Source: Candidatus Iainarchaeum sp. (lineage in GTDB: Archaea > Iainarchaeota > Iainarchaeia > Iainarchaeales > GCA-2688035). Taken from it: DNA of 28,232 nucleotides. The DNA is taken from contig JAQTNI010000014.1 of NCBI GenBank assembly GCA_028713935.1, positions 1 to 28,232 on the forward strand. Direction: 5' to 3'. Positions 24,300 through 28,232 of the stretch are shown in pieces. The notes beneath the pieces were generated by a model, which saw only the letters and a program-made list of their open reading frames with translations, was not told the origin of the DNA and made no database searches. The translations under genes and the position numbers were made by a program. Positions within the stretch are counted from its first letter, which is position 1. Every line of letters starts with the position of its first letter.

Positions 24300-24887
24300 A
24301 TGTCTGTCAAGGGCTATTTTATCCAGTACAAATTTATTATTCCAGAAAACGTCAAGCATTCTTCTTATACTTACCAGAAACTTTTTCGCGCCTTGTATGG
24401 CTATACACAGGCTGTTTTCAAAGCGAATGGAAAAAATTATCGTTATCACAGGAAAGGAGTTCTTTCCGATGTCCCTTACATAAGGCCTGGAAAAAACTGT
24501 GTTATTGCGCCTTCAAGCTCTTTTTCAAAGCTTCTTGATTTTTTCAAAACAGGCAAGAACCCTGCCCATGCTTGGCGTCTCAAAGGAGATTGGAAAGCTG
24601 TTTATTACATGAATGAAAAGGAAGTTGATGAAAAAGCAGCTTTGATTGCCCTTGAAGAACTGCTTGAAAGGCAGTATGTCTTGTCTTCTGCTCAGGACCA
24701 CGAAAGCCTTGCCAATGAAATGTCTGTTTTGTTAAAAAAAGAGGAATCTTCAATTGACAAAAATTATGCCTCTCTTTTGGCAAAAGAAGCTGAAAAAGTT
24801 GTTTCCACTGAATGGTTCAAGCAGCTTTATTCAAAATCAGAAAAACTCTCAAATTTTTATTCCGCCTACAAAAAACTGAAAAAATAA
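24300..24887 (+). CDS. Hypothetical protein (orphan)
   Basis: 196 aa (MSVKGYFIQYKFIIPENVKHSSYTYQKLFRALYGYTQ...). No family recognised with confidence. Confidence 0.6.
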   Translation: MSVKGYFIQYKFIIPENVKHSSYTYQKLFRALYGYTQAVFKANGKNYRYHRKGVLSDVPYIRPGKNCVIAPSSSFSKLLDFFKTGKNPAHAWRLKGDWKAVYYMNEKEVDEKAALIALEELLERQYVLSSAQDHESLANEMSVLLKKEESSIDKNYASLLAKEAEKVVSTEWFKQLYSKSEKLSNFYSAYKKLKK

Positions 24888-24895
24888 ACTTCTTT

Positions 24896-25252
24896 TTAAT
24901 CTAACTGTATTCCGCTCCCGCTGTTCTCAGCCCTTCTTGGGGTTATTACCTGCTTTTCCTGTGCTCTCCTACGTGATCTTTCTTTCCACCAGCGGCCGTA
25001 TTCGCGACACAATCGGTTAACATATGCCCTTGTTGCAGGGTCTGTTTTAAATCTATTAGATATGCTTAGATACTGATATAACCTTCTTGAACTCAAGGGT
25101 CGCTTGAATTTTTCATATGACCACGAGTTTATTTTTGATATTGCGTCTTCTATTTTTTGTTTTGTGTCCAAAGAAATATCCTGTTCTCTTGTGGCCTTTT
25201 TTTTAATGGCAGTTGTTATCCTGGCTTTTTTTCTTTCCTTAAACCCCGGCAT
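24896..25252 (-). CDS. Hypothetical basic protein (orphan)
   Basis: 118-aa ORF, tightly following 25268..25747 on the same strand. Confidence 0.5.
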   Translation of the reverse strand: MPGFKERKKARITTAIKKKATREQDISLDTKQKIEDAISKINSWSYEKFKRPLSSRRLYQYLSISNRFKTDPATRAYVNRLCREYGRWWKERSRRRAQEKQVITPRRAENSGSGIQLD

Positions 25253-25267
25253 AACATCAAACGAGTC

Positions 25268-25747
25268 TCAATCTTTTTTTATTTCTTCTTGTTTTTCCTT
25301 TGCTTCAACTGGCTTTTCAGTTTCTCCCTGCCTTAGTTCTCCCTGTGTTGTAATCAGGATGTTTTTCCTGCGCCATTTGCGTTTTCCCCCAATATCAGTG
25401 CTTTCAAACAGGCCGCAATCAGTAAAAGTTTTGATATAAGGGTAGAGGCTTCTTTCATTCTGGTATTCCATGCCAAACTGTTCCTTTATTCTGCGCCGGA
25501 TTTCCAGCATTTCAATCCATTCAAAACCAATAACGCTTGCCAGGTGGTGTGCCTGGGTGTTCTCCCTGATTTTAAGGTAATCCCAAACAGAATGGACCTC
25601 TTTGAAAGCGGCCTTTTCCGCTAATAGCTCAATTTTAAGCTCTTTTTTAGGCAATTCTGGACTTGTTGCGGCAGGTTCTTCGCTCCAGTCTTTAACATCT
25701 TTGAAAAAACCCATTATTAGCCTGACAACTCTTTTTAGAACCATCAT
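25268..25747 (-). CDS. Putative winged-helix (PadR-like) protein
   Basis: SLYPYIKTFTDCGLFESTDIGGKRKWRRKNILITTQGE resembles the PadR wing region. The start may be the internal Met at 25714. Confidence 0.5.
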   Translation of the reverse strand: MMVLKRVVRLIMGFFKDVKDWSEEPAATSPELPKKELKIELLAEKAAFKEVHSVWDYLKIRENTQAHHLASVIGFEWIEMLEIRRRIKEQFGMEYQNERSLYPYIKTFTDCGLFESTDIGGKRKWRRKNILITTQGELRQGETEKPVEAKEKQEEIKKD

Positions 25748-25781
25748 AATTATAATGACTGTAATGATATAAATTCTTTAC

Positions 25782-25811
25782 GGTAATTACCAAATCATTA
25801 AGGTAATTACA
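25782..25811. promoter_or_regulatory. Two GGTAATTAC(C/A) boxes 20 bp apart, candidate operator
   Basis: The palindrome GGTAATTACC (25782-25791) and GGTAATTACA (25802-25811) lie 35-65 nt upstream of the ATG at 25747. Confidence 0.3.
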
Positions 25812-26253
25812 GTAATCTGCAATTTTTTTCATTACTGTAACAATTTTGCATCTTGGTAGCACTAGTGAGTTAACTTTATGCCGCAAGTTTTGGCACTTTT
25901 TAGCCTTGTTTGTTATTTTGCCAGTTTGTCTCTTTTGTGAGCCTGTTTTTTTGTGCATTGTTTTTTGTTCTGGCCTGCGCCTCTTGGTTTGTCAGCAGGT
26001 GAGATTGCATTTTAGGCTAGGTTTTTGCCAATAATCTAGAATTTCTTTAAGTTGCCTGTAGTGATGCTTCTTACCCAGTTGGCTTTTGTAAAAATTAGGT
26101 TTTGCTTTGTTTATTTTGCCATGTGAGATAACCAATTTATTGTTGCATGGCGAGCAAATGCAGAATTTGATGCCACTTGTATGTTGTGAGCTGGCTTATT
26201 TTTTGCCATAAAATAGACTTTTTTTGCCTTTAATATATTATTATATATTAGAT

Positions 26254-26328
26254 TAGCGCGGGAAGGATTTGAACCTTCGACCTTCGGGTTATGAGCCCGA
26301 CGGGCACTCCTGGCTGCCCCACCGCGCT
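26254..26328 (-). tRNA. tRNA-Met (anticodon CAT), archaeal initiator-type
   Basis: The cloverleaf was folded by hand: acceptor AGCGCGG/CCGCGCT, D stem GGGC/GCCC, anticodon stem TCGGG/CCCGA, loop CTCATAA, T stem GAAGG/CCTTC, T loop TTCAAAT. It has A1:U72 and three G:C pairs next to the anticodon loop. CCA is not encoded. Confidence 0.9.
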
Positions 26329-26565
26329 ATTTGCTATACTTAACTACTTTTCAAACAATTTTTAAAATCTCGTTTTAATACATTTAAAACTTTTAAAAAA
26401 TTGTAAATGCAAAAGGAAGCCCTTTGGCGGGTTTTTTTGCTTTAAAAACCAATTTTTTTGCTTGCTTTGTGTTTTTTGGCAGTTTTTTTGCTTTATTCTT
26501 TTAGGGGATTAGCGGAAGAATCGTGTCCAATAATTTGTGTTTTTTTGCCTTTGTTTTTGTGCATT

Positions 26566-27096
26566 TTACAGTGTTTTTTCTATTTTTTCGCGTTCTCTTT
26601 TCAGCAATTCCAGCTGGCTTTCAAGGCCTTTTTTTCTTTTTTCGTTGTCCACTGCTTCTAATAGGGCTCCGCATTCAGGGCATTTAAAGAGGTATTCTGT
26701 TGCTATTTCAAATGGAATGTAATCGCAGTTTTTTTTGCAGCTAAAGAGGGCGTAATTTTCTTCAAAGCTTTTTTTCTTTTCAAGTTTTTCTATTCTTTCA
26801 GAATGCTGTTCCAATAGCAGTTCCAGGAGCCTTCTTGTCTTGATTTCCCAGGCATAGGAATACCAGCCTGTTTTGCTGTTTTTTGTCCTGTGGTAACAGG
26901 AAACCCCCCTGTAATGCATTCTGTTAAGTATTGTCCTTACTTCTGTCACTTTGAGCTTTAATTTTTTTGCAACTTCTTCGTCTGTCACTTTTTTATTTTT
27001 TTTTTCATATATTTTTGTAATCTTTACTGCGGATTCCCCGCCTATTGTTTCGAGCAATTCTTTGGCTCCCTGAAATTGCAAAACACTTGAAGGCAT
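26566..27096 (-). CDS. tfe: Transcription factor E (TFE alpha; TFIIE-alpha homolog)
   Basis: Winged helix (VTDEEVAKKLKLKVTEVRTILNRMHYRGV...GWYSYAWEI) plus Zn-ribbon-like C..C...CPECG. The start was chosen at the internal ATG 27096, behind a G-rich RBS. Confidence 0.85.
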   Translation of the reverse strand: MPSSVLQFQGAKELLETIGGESAVKITKIYEKKNKKVTDEEVAKKLKLKVTEVRTILNRMHYRGVSCYHRTKNSKTGWYSYAWEIKTRRLLELLLEQHSERIEKLEKKKSFEENYALFSCKKNCDYIPFEIATEYLFKCPECGALLEAVDNEKRKKGLESQLELLKREREKIEKTL

Positions 27097-27237
27097 CTTT
27101 TTTCCCCCTTTCTTTTCAAAAGCTTTTTTGCAAGGCAAAAAGCCCTGGGAAAACGCTTTGCAAGAAAAGAAAGTGCAAGACTGATGTCAAACTTCTTGGT
27201 GCAAATGGAATAAAAATCATTCGCATATTTTTTTGCG

Positions 27238-27762
27238 TTATTTTTTCATTACTTTTTTTCCTTTTTCCTGCGGAATTATTTTTATTTTTGGATTTTTGAA
27301 TTTTTTTTCAAGCTCTTTCCCTTTCTGAAGCCAGTCAAGCGCAATTGCAAGCGCCGCTATTTCCGAGTGCGGCTGTTGTGTTACGGAAATGTTCTGGTCT
27401 GCTTTCTGGTAAACCTCGGCAGTGACTTTCTGCGACCCGATTATCACAAGAATTTTCTTGTTTTTTCTCATCCTCCTAATTTGCTTTTGCAGTGGCAATC
27501 CGTACATTGTCAGGTGCATTACAAAAAATTTTTTCTTCTTGTATTCAGTTATTGTTTTTCTCCAGGAATCAGTGAATTCAATTTCAAATCCCGAACCCCA
27601 GTTTTTGGTTACTCCCTCAACGCTTTTCCTTATGTTCTGGTCTTCATTGCCTTCAACAATTATTTTGCTTGCCCCCAATGCCCTTGAGACAAGGCAGCAG
27701 TGCGTTGTCACCCTATAATCCCTAATGTCGCGGTGCCCGTACCTTAATACTGCTATTTCCAT
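27238..27762 (-). CDS. trm56: tRNA (cytidine56-2'-O)-methyltransferase aTrm56 (SPOUT)
   Basis: VLRYGHRDIRDYRVTTHCCLVSRALGA...HLTMYG...VIIGSQKVTAEVYQKADQNISVTQQPHSEIAALAIALDWL. Confidence 0.9.
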   Translation of the reverse strand: MEIAVLRYGHRDIRDYRVTTHCCLVSRALGASKIIVEGNEDQNIRKSVEGVTKNWGSGFEIEFTDSWRKTITEYKKKKFFVMHLTMYGLPLQKQIRRMRKNKKILVIIGSQKVTAEVYQKADQNISVTQQPHSEIAALAIALDWLQKGKELEKKFKNPKIKIIPQEKGKKVMKK

Positions 27763-27811
27763 AAGTAATAAGTTTTTATAGATTTTTAGTTAAACTTATG
27801 TGTGTTTTTTT

Positions 27812-28232
27812 ATGATTGACATTGAATTAATCAGGGCTAATCCCGAATTGATGCGTGCAAACCTTGAAAAGCGGGGGGATGCTGAAAAGCTTTCCTTGCT
27901 TGATGAATTAATTGAAAAGGACAGGCTTTGGAGAAAACTGAAGGCTGAAGCCGATTCTTTGCGCAATTGCAGGAATATTTTGTCGCAGCAAATTAATTCC
28001 GCAAAGAAGGCTGGGCAGGATGTTTCTCTTTTTTTGAAGGAAGCCCAGGAAATTCCTGAAAAAATCGATTCTCTGGAAAAAGATGCTGCTGATTTAAGGC
28101 AGCGCTGCAGCTGGATTTTAATGCGCCTGCCAAATATTCTGCATGGTTCTGTGCCAGTTGGAAAAGATGATTCTGAAAATGTTGTTGTAAAAGCATCTGT
28201 AAAGCCGAAAAAGCCTAAATTTGAAATAAGGC
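27812..28232 (+). CDS. serS: Seryl-tRNA synthetase, N-terminal coiled-coil part (truncated by the window end)
   Basis: MIDIELIRANPELMRANLEKRGD...LRNCRNILSQQI...LMRLPNILHGSVPVGKDDSEN. The frame stays open to the window edge. Confidence 0.9.
   Translation, partial: MIDIELIRANPELMRANLEKRGDAEKLSLLDELIEKDRLWRKLKAEADSLRNCRNILSQQINSAKKAGQDVSLFLKEAQEIPEKIDSLEKDAADLRQRCSWILMRLPNILHGSVPVGKDDSENVVVKASVKPKKPKFEIR

Noticed and set aside
23588-26524. Possible att-like inverted repeat ATTAGCGGAA-AAT (reverse complement of 23588-23606 versus 26506-24), resembling the tRNA 3' flank GATTAGCG
   Set aside because: It is a 13/14 match. By rough hand estimate, hundreds of such matches are expected by chance among all position pairs in 28 kb. 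The orientation and position also do not fit a tRNA 3'-end integration.
25913-26545. Recurring T-run+GCC/GCT strings (TTATTTTGCCA at 25913, 26111 and 26197; TTTTTTTGCTT at 26432, 26453 and 26483)
   Set aside because: The same T-rich strings occur throughout the window, including inside genes. This looks like compositional bias rather than a specific repeat family.
1-28232. CRISPR arrays, rRNA genes, reverse transcriptase/retron or DGR-type elements
   Set aside because: I saw no regularly spaced direct repeats of 25-40 bp and no rRNA-like conserved stretches. No ORF carries RT (YxDD) or Cas signatures.

Overview
This is an AT-rich window of about 28 kb that is most consistent with an archaeal, DPANN-like small genome. 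Supporting genes are transcription factor E, the archaeal tRNA Cm56 methyltransferase aTrm56, an XerA-type tyrosine recombinase, TRAM and PRC-barrel proteins, and a tRNA-Met(CAT) with the archaeal initiator hallmarks (A1:U72, GGG/CCC anticodon stem). GGAGG-type ribosome-binding sites are visible. Housekeeping genes occupy both flanks: serS, trm56, tfe, a Dus-type dihydrouridine synthase, tspO, a peroxiredoxin/rhodanese operon, and a frameshifted nth. The accessory segment lies at about 3.6-11.4 kb. It contains a DDE transposase. Next comes a compact restriction-modification module: a small wHTH gene, two tandem paralogous C5-cytosine methyltransferases, an HNH endonuclease, and a convergent Vsr mismatch endonuclease. 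This is followed by a tightly linked two-gene cassette (a SocA/Panacea-like small protein plus a Zn-ribbon/PD-(D/E)xK nuclease). Last is a convergent NucS/DUF91-like nuclease. The two-gene cassette is my best candidate for an undescribed toxin-antitoxin or defence module. Other points of interest: the peroxiredoxin has conserved N-terminal codons upstream of any canonical start, directly behind an in-frame TGA that ends a twin CxxC-x12-CC mini-protein. There are palindromic operator candidates upstream of two PadR-like genes. A GTTATGTAT motif recurs four times, and a cluster of orphan genes lies between xerA and the tRNA. I saw no CRISPR array and no rRNA. All functional calls rest on motif recognition by eye; no database search was possible.
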